From the IMG/VR virus record IMGVR_UViG_3300030444_000009: a DNA stretch of 43,116 bases, one strand, 5' to 3'. Position 1 is the stretch's first letter. The number at the start of each line of letters is the position of its first letter. The notes under the pieces are model-generated. The model was not told the origin of the DNA. It saw only the letters and a program-made list of their open reading frames with translations, and did not search any database. The stretch comes from a virus. A program made the translations under genes and the position numbers. Of this stretch, positions 1 through 8,834 are shown in pieces.

Positions 1-99
1 CAGGTTTGAGCCCTGCCGGGAATGCCATTTGCGTGCCCTGTGAGGGGGCTGCGCAGATAGCCGGGCATCTGGCGGCGAAAGTTCCGGATGCAGCGGCGC
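1..99. repeat. Terminal overlap identical to 43018-43116. Implies a circular or circularly permuted 43,017-bp unit.
   Basis: 99/99 identity read directly at both window ends. Bases 1-27 repeat the 3' part of the tRNA-Trp that starts at 42969. Confidence 0.95.
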
Positions 100-161
100 T
101 CCACCCGTTTACGTTGTCCGAAAAACTGAATGTACGGAGCGCTGCTTATTTTGATAATTTG

Positions 162-192
162 ACCGTTCGGATTTCCGGGCGGTTTTTCTTTT
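162..192 (+). terminator. Rho-independent terminator closing the tRNA/ncRNA cluster upstream of terS
   Basis: ACCGTTCGG-ATTT-CCGGGCGGT hairpin (9 bp including 2 G-U pairs) followed by TTTTTCTTTT. Confidence 0.6.
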
Positions 193-217
193 GCGCAAGT
201 TTAGAGAGGTGGTGGCG

Positions 218-730
218 GTGGCCTACAGCAAAAACAAAAGGATAGGCAGACCGCCCGTCTTTGAGAGCAAAGAAGAACTTGAGAAAAAAATCGAAGAGTT
301 TTTCAAAAGCTGTGAAGGGACCGTCCTAGAAGACGAAGTCGGAAAGCCTGTTTTGGACAAATACGGAAACGTGATAAAAATCGACGAACGCCCAGAAACA
401 GTCACTGGCTTGGCTTTAGCATTGGGGTTTAAGTCTCGGCAATCTTTGATTGACTATCAAGGAAAGGCTGAGTTTTCTGACACGATAACGCGCGCGAAGC
501 TTCGATGCGAGAGATACGCCGAAGAACGGCTCTATGATCGCGATGGAAACGGCGGGGCAAGATTCAGCTTGCAGGTCAATTTCGGGTGGAGCGATAAGCC
601 GAAAGAAGCGGAGCAGGAAGAGCGTCACGATGATGGCTTGATAAAGGCATTGAATGCCGCCGCGGACCTCAGCCCGCCGGATGACGTGGAGATGCTTCCA
701 GAGGAAGAGGACGACAATGCGGAAAAGTAA
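218..730 (+). CDS. terS: Terminase small subunit
   Basis: N-terminal KNKRIGRPPVF and the HTH-like TGLALALGFKSRQSLIDY are typical of small terminases. It overlaps the start of terL. GTG 218 is preferred (AGAGAGG 8 nt upstream); the track ORF starts at TTG 191. Confidence 0.65.
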   Translation: MAYSKNKRIGRPPVFESKEELEKKIEEFFKSCEGTVLEDEVGKPVLDKYGNVIKIDERPETVTGLALALGFKSRQSLIDYQGKAEFSDTITRAKLRCERYAEERLYDRDGNGGARFSLQVNFGWSDKPKEAEQEERHDDGLIKALNAAADLSPPDDVEMLPEEEDDNAEK

Positions 731-1964
731 CGGTTTTCGCTGGAAAGCCCTCAGCCAGCGGCAAAAGCAGGTCTTGAGCTGGTGGACACCGCAGAGCGCA
801 TACAGCGGTTACAACGGCATTATTGCAGATGGCGCTATCCGATCGGGCAAGACCTTTGCCATGAGCTTTTCTTTTGTCCAGTGGGCTATGACCTGCTACA
901 GCGGCCAGCAGTTTGCCATGTGCGGAAAGACCATCGCCAGCTTCCGGCGCAACGTGCTGGGCACACTCAAGCAGCAGCTTGCAGCCCGTGGCTACAACGT
1001 CAAGGAGCATCGGGCAGAAAACTGCATGACCGTCAGCAAGGGCGGCAGAACCAACGAGTTTTACTTTTTCGGCGGCAAGGACGAGAGCAGCCAAGACCTG
1101 ATACAGGGCATTACCCTTGCCGGGGCATTCTTCGACGAGGTGGCCCTGATGCCGCAGAGCTTCGTCAATCAGGCCACAGCCCGTTGCTCTGTCACCGGGT
1201 CAAAGTTCTGGTTCAACTGCAACCCGGGCAGCCCGCAGCATTGGTTTTATCTGGAGTGGGTGCGGAAATGCCGTTCCCGCAAGATGATGTATCTCCATTT
1301 CACGATGGACGACAACTTGTCACTTTCCGAGGACATCAAGGCCAGATACCGCAGCCAGTACAGCGGCGTTTTCTATCAACGCTACATTTTGGGCTTGTGG
1401 ACGGTGGCCGAGGGTCTTGTCTACGATATGTTCGACCGTAAGAAGCACGTCATTGACAAGCTCCCGGCGCTGTATCCAAAGAGCGCTTATGTGGCGTGCG
1501 ACTTTGGAACCCAGAACGCAACGGTCTTCCTGCTGCTCCAAAAGCAGACCGATGCAGACTGCTGGATCGTCACCCGGGAGTACTACTACAGCGGGCGCGA
1601 GCAGAAGCGGCAAAAGACCGTGGGCGAGTACGTCACAGACCTGAAAGCGTGGCTGGACGGCCTGAAACCTGAGCGGGTCATCGTCGACCCCTCTGCCCTA
1701 CCCCTGATTACGGAACTGCGCAAGAATGGCTTTACCCAGACGCCCGCAAACAACGACGTCCTGAGCGGCATTCTGGACGTGCAGACCATGCTGCAGACCG
1801 GGCGGCTGAAGATCTACAAAGACTGCAAGCACACGCTGGAAGAGTTCGGGGTATACGCTTGGGACCCGGATAAAGACGACACCGTCCTGAAGGTCAATGA
1901 CCACTGCATGGACGCTATCCGCTATTTCGTGCGCACAAAGCGCCTTGTAAAACTGAGGAATTGA
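717..1964 (+). CDS. terL: Terminase large subunit (PBSX / phage_term_2 type)
   Basis: Walker A GAIRSGKT, Walker B-like GAFFDEVALM, C-terminal nuclease region. ATG 717 follows GAGGAAGAGGA and overlaps the terS stop; track ORF starts at 654. Confidence 0.9.
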   Translation: MRKSNGFRWKALSQRQKQVLSWWTPQSAYSGYNGIIADGAIRSGKTFAMSFSFVQWAMTCYSGQQFAMCGKTIASFRRNVLGTLKQQLAARGYNVKEHRAENCMTVSKGGRTNEFYFFGGKDESSQDLIQGITLAGAFFDEVALMPQSFVNQATARCSVTGSKFWFNCNPGSPQHWFYLEWVRKCRSRKMMYLHFTMDDNLSLSEDIKARYRSQYSGVFYQRYILGLWTVAEGLVYDMFDRKKHVIDKLPALYPKSAYVACDFGTQNATVFLLLQKQTDADCWIVTREYYYSGREQKRQKTVGEYVTDLKAWLDGLKPERVIVDPSALPLITELRKNGFTQTPANNDVLSGILDVQTMLQTGRLKIYKDCKHTLEEFGVYAWDPDKDDTVLKVNDHCMDAIRYFVRTKRLVKLRN

Positions 1965-3352
1965 TTTTGAGCACTGTATATACATTCCAGACATTTCAGC
2001 AGGCGCAAGCCGCCGGGGAACAGCCTGATTTCATCCGGCGGTTCGTGCAGCAGCACTGCGCTTCCGGGCCTTACAAGATGGCTCTGGACGCCGACCTGTA
2101 CGATGCCCAGAAAAACCCGGGCGCTGAACGCTTCGCACAGACTTACGCTTTGATGCTGAAACGCCTGTCCAAAAACACCAAGCCGGACACCCCACACCCC
2201 GATATGGTCAAGAGCAATCTTTTCCGGAGGCTCAACAAACAGCGGGCGACCTACTCCCTCGGCAACGGCGTGGTCTTTGCGGACGATGGCGTGGACAAGG
2301 AAAGGCTGGGGCAGAACTTTGACGAGCAGATCCAGAAGGCCGGATATTTCGCCCTGATCCACGGTGAGAGCTTCGGATTTTGGAACAACGACCATCTGGT
2401 GGTTTTCAAGCTGACCGAGTTTGCTCCCCTGTACGATGAAAAGACAGGCCTTTTGCAGGCAGGCGTGCGCTTCTGGCGACTGAACCCAGACACGGATATA
2501 CACTACATCCTGTACGAGCTGGACGGCTTTACCGAGTACACGGAAAGCCGAATCGGCAATGCGATAAAGGAGGCCGTGCCGAAGCAGGCATACAAGAGCG
2601 TGACCGTCACCACACCCGGCGGCGGGCTGGAAAGCATAGAAGGCGAAAACTACGGTGCTCTTCCCATTGTGCCGCTGTGGGGCTCAGACCTGCACCAGAG
2701 CACCCTTGTTGGGCTGAAAGCCTACATTGACAACACCGATCTGGTGATGTCTGGCTTCTGCAATGACCTGCAGGACTGCGCGCAGATTTACTGGCTTTGC
2801 GAGAACTTCAACGGAATGACCGATGATGAACTTGTGGAGTACCTCACCAAGCTGAATCTGTACCACATTGCAGGTGCAGACACCAGCGAGGGCGGCAAGA
2901 TCACCCCCTACACCACCGAGATTCCTGTGAATGCTCGGCAGACTCTTTTGGAGCTGCTACACACCCGGGTGTATGAGGACTTCGGCGGTCTGGATGTGCA
3001 CTGTGTCAGCGCAGACAGCACCAACGACCATCTGGATGCAGCCTATGAACCGCTGAACCAGAACGCGGACGACTTCGAGGCTCAGATCAAGCCGTTCATC
3101 CGGCAGATCTGCGCACTGGCTGGCTTTGACAATGCTATGCCGACATTCAACCGCAGCAAGATCACCAACACAGCTGAGCAGGTCGAAATGGTGATTTCTG
3201 AGGCGCCGATCATCGGGCAGGACATGGCCATTGACCTGCTGCCCAACCTGACCCCGGAGCAGAAGGAACAGGCAAAGTCCGCGCTGATGGCAGAGAGCGC
3301 AACGCGGGAGACCACAGACGAGGACGAGGAGGACAACGAGGATGAAAACTGA
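1961..3352 (+). CDS. Portal protein (SPP1 gp6-like size and position)
   Basis: 463 aa immediately after terL (TTGA start/stop overlap, GAGGA RBS), acidic C-terminus DEDEEDNEDEN, followed by a MuF-like gene. Confidence 0.8.
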   Translation: MILSTVYTFQTFQQAQAAGEQPDFIRRFVQQHCASGPYKMALDADLYDAQKNPGAERFAQTYALMLKRLSKNTKPDTPHPDMVKSNLFRRLNKQRATYSLGNGVVFADDGVDKERLGQNFDEQIQKAGYFALIHGESFGFWNNDHLVVFKLTEFAPLYDEKTGLLQAGVRFWRLNPDTDIHYILYELDGFTEYTESRIGNAIKEAVPKQAYKSVTVTTPGGGLESIEGENYGALPIVPLWGSDLHQSTLVGLKAYIDNTDLVMSGFCNDLQDCAQIYWLCENFNGMTDDELVEYLTKLNLYHIAGADTSEGGKITPYTTEIPVNARQTLLELLHTRVYEDFGGLDVHCVSADSTNDHLDAAYEPLNQNADDFEAQIKPFIRQICALAGFDNAMPTFNRSKITNTAEQVEMVISEAPIIGQDMAIDLLPNLTPEQKEQAKSALMAESATRETTDEDEEDNEDEN

Positions 3353-3359
3353 TAAAAGG

Positions 3360-3521
3360 ATGAAAATATTTTTCTGGATTTTCTTTGGCGTGTGCGTTGC
3401 GTTTATCATTGGAAGCGCAATTTTAAACGCCGTTTTAGCTGTTTACTACGTCAAAGGCGTTTTTAGCGCAGATATGCCTGAATGGGCTAAATGGGCGCTT
3501 GTGACTATTGCAGCGTCATGA
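3360..3521 (+). CDS. Small hydrophobic membrane protein (53 aa)
   Basis: My own translation: MKIFFWIFFGVCVAFIIGSAILNAVLAVYYVKGVFSADMPEWAKWALVTIAAS. The stop overlaps the next ATG (ATGA). Below the 60-aa cutoff of the ORF track. Confidence 0.45.
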   Translation: MKIFFWIFFGVCVAFIIGSAILNAVLAVYYVKGVFSADMPEWAKWALVTIAAS

Positions 3522-4555
3522 AACAAACTGACCTTGACCGCATCTCCACCCGGCAGCTGAACAGGCTGCGCCGCCGCATTTTGCGGGTATACGGAACAGC
3601 CCGCCGGGAGATGACCGAGCAGCTGACCGAGTTTCTGGAGCATTACCAGAAGCTGGACGCATACAAGCGCACGCAGCTGGAAGCTGGGAAGATCACCGAG
3701 AGCGACTACCGCACATGGCTGCGCAATCAGGTGTTTCAGTCCGAACTGATGCACCAGAAGCTGGACAACATCACCCAGACGTGCACCACAGCCCAGCAGA
3801 CGGCGTACAAGCTGGCGCGTGATGAACAGTATGATATATTTGCCCTTGGCGCAAACTGGGCGTTCTACGAACTGGAACAGGCCGCAGGCGTGTCGTTCGG
3901 TCTGACCTTGTACAACACCGAGGCGGTCAAGCGCCTGCTGCTGGAAAACCCCAAACTTGTGCCAAACAAGCGCATCAAGAGCGAGAGCAACAAAACCTAC
4001 GACGCCCGGGTGTTCAACCGGTACGTTACAAAAGGCATCATACAGGGCAAAAACGTCCATGACATTGCGGTGCAGGCTGTGCAGGGCATGGCAGACACGG
4101 AAGTGCACTGGGCGATGAACAACGCTATCACAGCCCTTACAGGCGCCCAAAACGCCGGAACGATGCAGCAGCTCCGCAATGCTCAGGCGCTTGGCATTGA
4201 GGTGCAAAAGCGGTGGAACAGCACTCTGGACTACCGCACCCGCGAGACGCACCGCCTGCTGGATCAGGAGACCGCAGACCTTAACGAGCCGTTTAAGGTG
4301 CAGGGCTATGAGATCATGTACCCGGGAGACCCCAACGCCGCCCCGGAAATGGTCTATCACTGCCGCTGCAAAGTGACCGGGGCGCTTGTAAAGTACCCAC
4401 GGCAGAACTCACAGCGGCGGGACAACACTACAAAAGAGGTCACATCTGACCTAACCTATACCGAGTGGTACAAGGCAAAGGGTGGCACGGAAGCCGAACA
4501 GATGTGGTGGGCAAAAGAGCGAAAACGCAGAAAGGAGAGTTCCAAAAATGAGTAA
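3518..4555 (+). CDS. Head morphogenesis protein, Phage_Mu_F / SPP1 gp7 family
   Basis: STLDYRTRETHRLLDQE and YPGDPNAAPEMVYHCRCKV motifs typical of the MuF domain; located after the portal. Start ATG 3518 is coupled to the upstream small ORF; track ORF starts at 3491. Confidence 0.8.
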   Translation: MKQTDLDRISTRQLNRLRRRILRVYGTARREMTEQLTEFLEHYQKLDAYKRTQLEAGKITESDYRTWLRNQVFQSELMHQKLDNITQTCTTAQQTAYKLARDEQYDIFALGANWAFYELEQAAGVSFGLTLYNTEAVKRLLLENPKLVPNKRIKSESNKTYDARVFNRYVTKGIIQGKNVHDIAVQAVQGMADTEVHWAMNNAITALTGAQNAGTMQQLRNAQALGIEVQKRWNSTLDYRTRETHRLLDQETADLNEPFKVQGYEIMYPGDPNAAPEMVYHCRCKVTGALVKYPRQNSQRRDNTTKEVTSDLTYTEWYKAKGGTEAEQMWWAKERKRRKESSKNE

Positions 4556-4940
4556 ACGAGGCTCTGGAAGTTCTACAAGGGCGAGCAGTGAGAAGACTAC
4601 GCTTGATGAATTTCTCGCAAAACGTGGCTTAAGTTCGCCCATCAGCGATTACATGGACGATAAGATGCGTATTCCTCACGGCTTGACACGCCGCCAAACG
4701 GAAAAAATGCAAAGGGAAGCCCACGAGGCCGCTGCACAGTATTCCGCAAGGCGAGAGTCTGCTATTGCAGAATACAAAGCGGGCGTTGCGTCTGGCACAA
4801 TCAGAGAAAAGAGCCGTGTTGAAGTTTTGATGGGCAAAGCGAAAGGGCATCCTGACAATCCTTCAACACAGGCAGCACGCCGTGCGCTGGAAAAACGTGG
4901 TTACAACTGGAAAACAGGAAAAAAACTCAAGAAAAAGTAA
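4548..4940 (+). CDS. Hypothetical basic protein with N-terminal MSKRGSGSSTRA leader
   Basis: ATG 4548 with AAGGAGAG upstream. 130 aa, Lys/Arg-rich. Shares its first ~12 residues with the ORF at 5575. Confidence 0.6.
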   Translation: MSKRGSGSSTRASSEKTTLDEFLAKRGLSSPISDYMDDKMRIPHGLTRRQTEKMQREAHEAAAQYSARRESAIAEYKAGVASGTIREKSRVEVLMGKAKGHPDNPSTQAARRALEKRGYNWKTGKKLKKK

Positions 4941-4958
4941 GGCTTGGAGGGATAAACC

Positions 4959-5582
4959 ATGATTCTGCCAATGGAAAACACCGAGAGGATGATATTTCCC
5001 GGTGTGGGCAAGTACGGCATCCCTGCTATCCAGCCTGAAACGGATATCCGCATTGACAAACTGGAATGGATCCCGGTCAATTATGCGCTGACCGCCAAAG
5101 ACAAGGCCACAAAAGGCGTGCATTTTTACAAGGACGATTACCAGTTTGAACGGTTCTGGAACAACCCAGACAAGTATATTCCTCTGCTGCAGCAGTTTGG
5201 GGCTGTGTGCTCGCCGGACTTTTCTCTTTACAGCAATATGCCGCTTGCAGTGCAGCTTTTCATGCACTACAAAAAGCACTGGTTGGCTGCTTACTGGCAA
5301 ATGCACGGAATCCATGTGATTCCAACGCTCTGTTGGTGCGGCGAGCAAAGTTATGACTGGTGCTTTGACGGAGAACCGACAAACAGCATTGTGAGCATTT
5401 CCAGCCACGGCACACAGTCCGACCCATACGAAGCAGAATGCTTTGCCAAGCACTGCCGCGTGGCGCTGGACAGGCTCAAGCCGACAAGTATTTTGTGGTA
5501 TGGCAAATGCCCGGCAGAATTTGACTGGAATGTCACAAAAATTAAGCCATTTCAATACGAGAGGAGGCACTACCGTGAGTAA
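4959..5582 (+). CDS. DUF4417-like protein
   Basis: GVHFYKDDYQFERFW, PDFSLYSNMP and HGIHVIPTLCW motifs match my recollection of the DUF4417 pattern. GGAGGG RBS 8 nt upstream. Confidence 0.55.
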   Translation: MILPMENTERMIFPGVGKYGIPAIQPETDIRIDKLEWIPVNYALTAKDKATKGVHFYKDDYQFERFWNNPDKYIPLLQQFGAVCSPDFSLYSNMPLAVQLFMHYKKHWLAAYWQMHGIHVIPTLCWCGEQSYDWCFDGEPTNSIVSISSHGTQSDPYEAECFAKHCRVALDRLKPTSILWYGKCPAEFDWNVTKIKPFQYERRHYRE

Positions 5583-5994
5583 AAGAGGTTCGGGCAGCTC
5601 CGCGAGAGCGGGCGGCGGAAGCGCTGATGAGCACAAGTTTGAATCATTTGTAAATGGCCGCTGGATAACAGACGACAGAAAAGTTGAAGCAGAACGGCAA
5701 AGAAAGCTTGCGACTATTGTTGACAATTCGAGATATAAGAAATCACACAACGAAACCATTGACTTTGTGAAAAAGCAAGTTGGCGTTGACCTTAACAAAT
5801 ACAGAACTGGTGATGGTTCTGAACCTTACATGACAACATTTTGGGAAAAAGGCCCAAAAGTTGCATTTGATTTCAAAGGAATGTCTCGCAGCGACTGGGA
5901 CAAGTTAATGCAGCTAACAACAAAGCCGTATGGCGTTACTTTTGAACAGGGCAATGCGTGGATTGGCTACATCTCCAGAAAGAAGAAAAAGTGA
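5575..5994 (+). CDS. Hypothetical protein with N-terminal (V)SKRGSGSSARA leader
   Basis: GTG 5575 after GAGAGGAGG. 139 aa. The body (about 5640-5990) is visibly AT-richer than its flanks. Leader is paralogous to the ORF at 4548. Confidence 0.55.
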   Translation: MSKRGSGSSARAGGGSADEHKFESFVNGRWITDDRKVEAERQRKLATIVDNSRYKKSHNETIDFVKKQVGVDLNKYRTGDGSEPYMTTFWEKGPKVAFDFKGMSRSDWDKLMQLTTKPYGVTFEQGNAWIGYISRKKKK

Positions 5995-5997
5995 GCC

Positions 5998-6450
5998 ATG
6001 AAATTTGATTACGACATCAAATTCACCGACAACACCCCGCAACTCCATGAAGCGCTGGAAGCGTGGGTGGAGCGGGTGCTGACCATCTGGGGCATGAAGG
6101 TGCAGGACTATGCACAGCTGCTTGTTCCCACCGGCACGGCAGACAGCACCGGAATAGAAGGCTATGTGGGCGGTGCGCTGAAAGCGTCCATTACCTACGT
6201 TGTATCTGCAGCGCAAAAGACCGTGACCATCGGTTCTAACTTGCTATACAGCGCCTATGTGGAGTTGGGCACCGGTATCTTTGCAGAGAAGGGAAACGGA
6301 CGCAAAACGCCGTGGGTCTGGCAAGACTTCAACGGCAAATGGCACTTTACCCGGGGCATGGCTCCCCGCCCCTTCCTACGCCCGGCGGTAGAAGATCATA
6401 TCAAAGAACTGCAAGAGATTGCGGTGGAAGAAGCGAACAAGGAGGCGTAA
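5998..6450 (+). CDS. HK97 gp10-family neck/tail-completion protein
   Basis: GGALKASITY...IGSNLLYSAYVELGTG...PRPFLRPAVED matches the gp10-family pattern. Unusual position upstream of scaffold and capsid. Confidence 0.55.
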   Translation: MKFDYDIKFTDNTPQLHEALEAWVERVLTIWGMKVQDYAQLLVPTGTADSTGIEGYVGGALKASITYVVSAAQKTVTIGSNLLYSAYVELGTGIFAEKGNGRKTPWVWQDFNGKWHFTRGMAPRPFLRPAVEDHIKELQEIAVEEANKEA

Positions 6451-6453
6451 TTC

Positions 6454-6669
6454 ATGGATTTGGAGAAAATGTTCAAAACACCAAAAGAAAAGTTCCTGCC
6501 CGATGATGTGAAAACTGCGCACTGCGAGGCAGAAGACCTTTTCCTTGAACTTGCAACGCAGCTTGACGCGCTTCCTGAAAGCCGAGAAAAAAGTCTGTGC
6601 ATGACAAAATTACAGGAAGCGAAGTTTTGGGCGGTCGAATGTATCACCAAAGTTGCACGCAAAAACTAA
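6454..6669 (+). CDS. Hypothetical small protein (71 aa)
   Basis: ORF with tight spacing to the previous gene, followed by a terminator. Confidence 0.5.
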   Translation: MDLEKMFKTPKEKFLPDDVKTAHCEAEDLFLELATQLDALPESREKSLCMTKLQEAKFWAVECITKVARKN

Positions 6670-6675
6670 ATACTC

Positions 6676-6708
6676 AGCGGTTGGCGCACAGCGTCAGCCG
6701 CTTTTTTA
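6676..6708 (+). terminator. Rho-independent terminator
   Basis: AGCGGTTGGCGC-ACA-GCGTCAGCCGCT hairpin followed by TTTTTT. Confidence 0.7.
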
Positions 6709-6709
6709 T

Positions 6710-6785
6710 GCCGTTTTCGCACAACTGGCAGTGCTCCCGGCTCATAACCGGGTAGTTGCAGGTTCGAGCCCTGCAAGCGGCACCA
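6710..6785 (+). tRNA. tRNA with CAT anticodon (Met elongator-type or Ile2-lysidine type), CCA encoded
   Basis: Hand-folded: acceptor GCCGTTT/AAGCGGC; D arm GCAC-AACTGGCA-GTGC; anticodon arm CCCGG-CTCATAA-CCGGG; variable TAGTT; T arm GCAGG-TTCGAGC-CCTGC; discriminator A; CCA. Confidence 0.85.
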
Positions 6786-6860
6786 CACCGGCAGCACGTC
6801 CGGCAAAATAACCTGATTGCCAAGCATGGCAGCCCAAGCAAGGGCAGAAAGGACACACAC

Positions 6861-7448
6861 ATGGCACTCAAAAGAGCAGATATCCGCAAGATTCTGGAAA
6901 ACGCCGAAACCTCCAACGATGACAAGGCAAAAGCCATTCTGGACGCCTTGCACGAGGAGACCGACGCCCTCCGGGACGAACTGGATACCGAAAAAAACGC
7001 CCGCGTTGCAGCGGAAAAAGAACGGGACGCGGCCAACAGCGGTAAGCAGACCGCAGAGCAGGCGCTGACCGACTACAAGACCCAGCAGACCAACAAGGAC
7101 GCCCATGCAGCCAAGGAAGCAAAGTTCCGGGAGCAGCTAAAGGCCGCAGGCGTGCTGGAAAAGTACTTTGACCGCATCGTGCGCTTGTCTGGCGAGGACA
7201 TCGACAAGATGGAACTGGACAGCAAGGGCAATGTGAAGAACGCGGACAAGCTGGCTGAGAGCCTGAAAACCGATTGGAGCGACTATGTGGGCAGCACCTC
7301 AACCAAGGGCGCACCGGTGGACAACCCGCCCGCAAACACCGGTTCCAAAATGACCAAAGACCAGATTTTTGCAATCAAGGACGCGGGCGAGCGTCAGGCA
7401 GCGATTGCAGCAAATGCCGACCTGTTTACAGGCGGCGGGAAGGAATAA
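6861..7448 (+). CDS. Scaffolding protein
   Basis: 195 aa, highly charged coiled-coil sequence (AEKERDAANSGKQTAEQALTDYK) directly upstream of the major capsid gene. ATG 6861 with AAAGGA RBS; the upstream part of the track ORF overlaps the tRNA. Confidence 0.7.
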   Translation: MALKRADIRKILENAETSNDDKAKAILDALHEETDALRDELDTEKNARVAAEKERDAANSGKQTAEQALTDYKTQQTNKDAHAAKEAKFREQLKAAGVLEKYFDRIVRLSGEDIDKMELDSKGNVKNADKLAESLKTDWSDYVGSTSTKGAPVDNPPANTGSKMTKDQIFAIKDAGERQAAIAANADLFTGGGKE

Positions 7449-7451
7449 TCT

Positions 7452-8351
7452 ATGGCAGCAAAAGAAAATCTGATTACCACCACTGAGATCACCGTCAACC
7501 CCCGGGAGATCGACTTTGTGACCCGTTTCCAGCGTAACTGGGATCATCTGCGGGATATCATGGGCATCATGCGCCCCATCCGTATGCAGCCCGGCACCGT
7601 GCTGAAGAGCAAATATGCACAGGGCACCCTGCAGAGCGGCACCGTGGCAGAGGGCGAGGAGATCCCTTACAGCCAGTACACCGTCAAGGAGAAGGATTAC
7701 GGCAAGATCACCATCGAGAAGTACGCCAAGGCCGTCTCCCTGGAAGCAATCCAGAACTATGGCTACGACGTCGCTGTGCAGAAGACCGACGACGAGTTCC
7801 TGTACGACCTGACCGCAAAGGTCACCGACAAGTTCTACAAGTACCTGAACACCGGTAGCCTGAAGGGCACGCCCAAGACCTTCCAGATGGCTCTGGCAAT
7901 GGCAAAGGGCAGCGTGGAGAACAAGTTCAAGAACATGCACCGCACTGTCACCGGCGTGGTGGGCTTTGCAAACGTTCTGGATGTGGCCGAGTATCTGGGC
8001 ACCGCAAACATCACCATCCAGAACCAGTACGGCTTCCAGTACATCAAGGACTTCATGGGCTACAACACTATCTTCCTGCTGTCCGACGGCGAGATCGCAA
8101 AGGGCAAGGTCATTGCCACCCCCGTGGACAACATCGTGATGTACTATGTTGACCCCTCCGACAGCGACTACGCAAAGGCCGGTCTGGTGTACACCACCGC
8201 AGGCGAGGCAAGCAACCTGATCGGCTTCCATACGCAGGGTAACTACACCACTGCCGTGTCCGAAAGCTTTGCCATCACCGGCGTGACCCTGTTTGCCGAG
8301 TATCTGGACGGCATCTCTGTCCAGACCATTACCCCGGGCGAATCGGTCTGA
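7452..8351 (+). CDS. Major capsid protein
   Basis: 299 aa, positioned after the scaffold. Strong codon bias and no low-complexity sequence. Size typical of SPP1 gp13-like HK97-fold capsids. Confidence 0.8.
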   Translation: MAAKENLITTTEITVNPREIDFVTRFQRNWDHLRDIMGIMRPIRMQPGTVLKSKYAQGTLQSGTVAEGEEIPYSQYTVKEKDYGKITIEKYAKAVSLEAIQNYGYDVAVQKTDDEFLYDLTAKVTDKFYKYLNTGSLKGTPKTFQMALAMAKGSVENKFKNMHRTVTGVVGFANVLDVAEYLGTANITIQNQYGFQYIKDFMGYNTIFLLSDGEIAKGKVIATPVDNIVMYYVDPSDSDYAKAGLVYTTAGEASNLIGFHTQGNYTTAVSESFAITGVTLFAEYLDGISVQTITPGESV

Positions 8352-8372
8352 CCTGCAAGGAGGTGACCCCGC

Positions 8373-8834
8373 ATGACTGTGCCAGAACTGTGCGTTTACA
8401 CACACAATTTTTTTGACCGGTACGATGCACCATTTACAGGGCGGTTCATCATTGGCACGGACTATATCTGGGATGCGATCAACTTCAACACGGACGTGCT
8501 TGCAGAGGATCCCGAAAACATCCTGTCCGGGCTTGCGCCGCACCAGTTCTACAAAATAGAGGGCTCTATCTTCAATGACGGAGTACATCAGGTGGGCGAG
8601 CCTCTGACCCCCGAAACCTTCACCGGCACGGTACAGCCTATGCGGGTTCCCAACGTGTTTGTGGAGCTTGCCAAGAAGATCACCGACTACGATGCAGCCA
8701 CCCCCGGAGGTGGGCGCTATGTTTCCCAGTCCTTCAACGGATGGAGCGGCACAATGGCCACCGGCACGGACGGCTTGCCCGCAGACGGCTGCACCCACTA
8801 CCGCCGGGAAATCAACCAATGGAGGAAACTGTAA
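8373..8834 (+). CDS. Putative head-tail connector / head completion protein
   Basis: 153 aa immediately after the capsid gene, AAGGAGG RBS. Call rests on position only. Confidence 0.4.
   Translation: MTVPELCVYTHNFFDRYDAPFTGRFIIGTDYIWDAINFNTDVLAEDPENILSGLAPHQFYKIEGSIFNDGVHQVGEPLTPETFTGTVQPMRVPNVFVELAKKITDYDAATPGGGRYVSQSFNGWSGTMATGTDGLPADGCTHYRREINQWRKL

Noticed and set aside
1-99. Terminal repeat as a mobile-element LTR/IR or biological direct terminal repeat
   Set aside because: An exact 99-bp duplication only at the two window ends, cutting through a tRNA gene, is most simply an assembler overlap of a circular contig. Physical DTRs cannot be excluded without reads.
6-245. 79-aa ORF at the left end
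   Set aside because: It overlaps the 3' end of tRNA-Trp, a hairpin terminator and the terS RBS, and has no translation signals.
7299-8819. 506-aa ORF on the minus strand across the capsid and connector genes
   Set aside because: It lies antisense to well-supported structural genes and has low-complexity Gly/Ala/Val/His composition typical of GC-rich shadow frames. It has no RBS or operon context.
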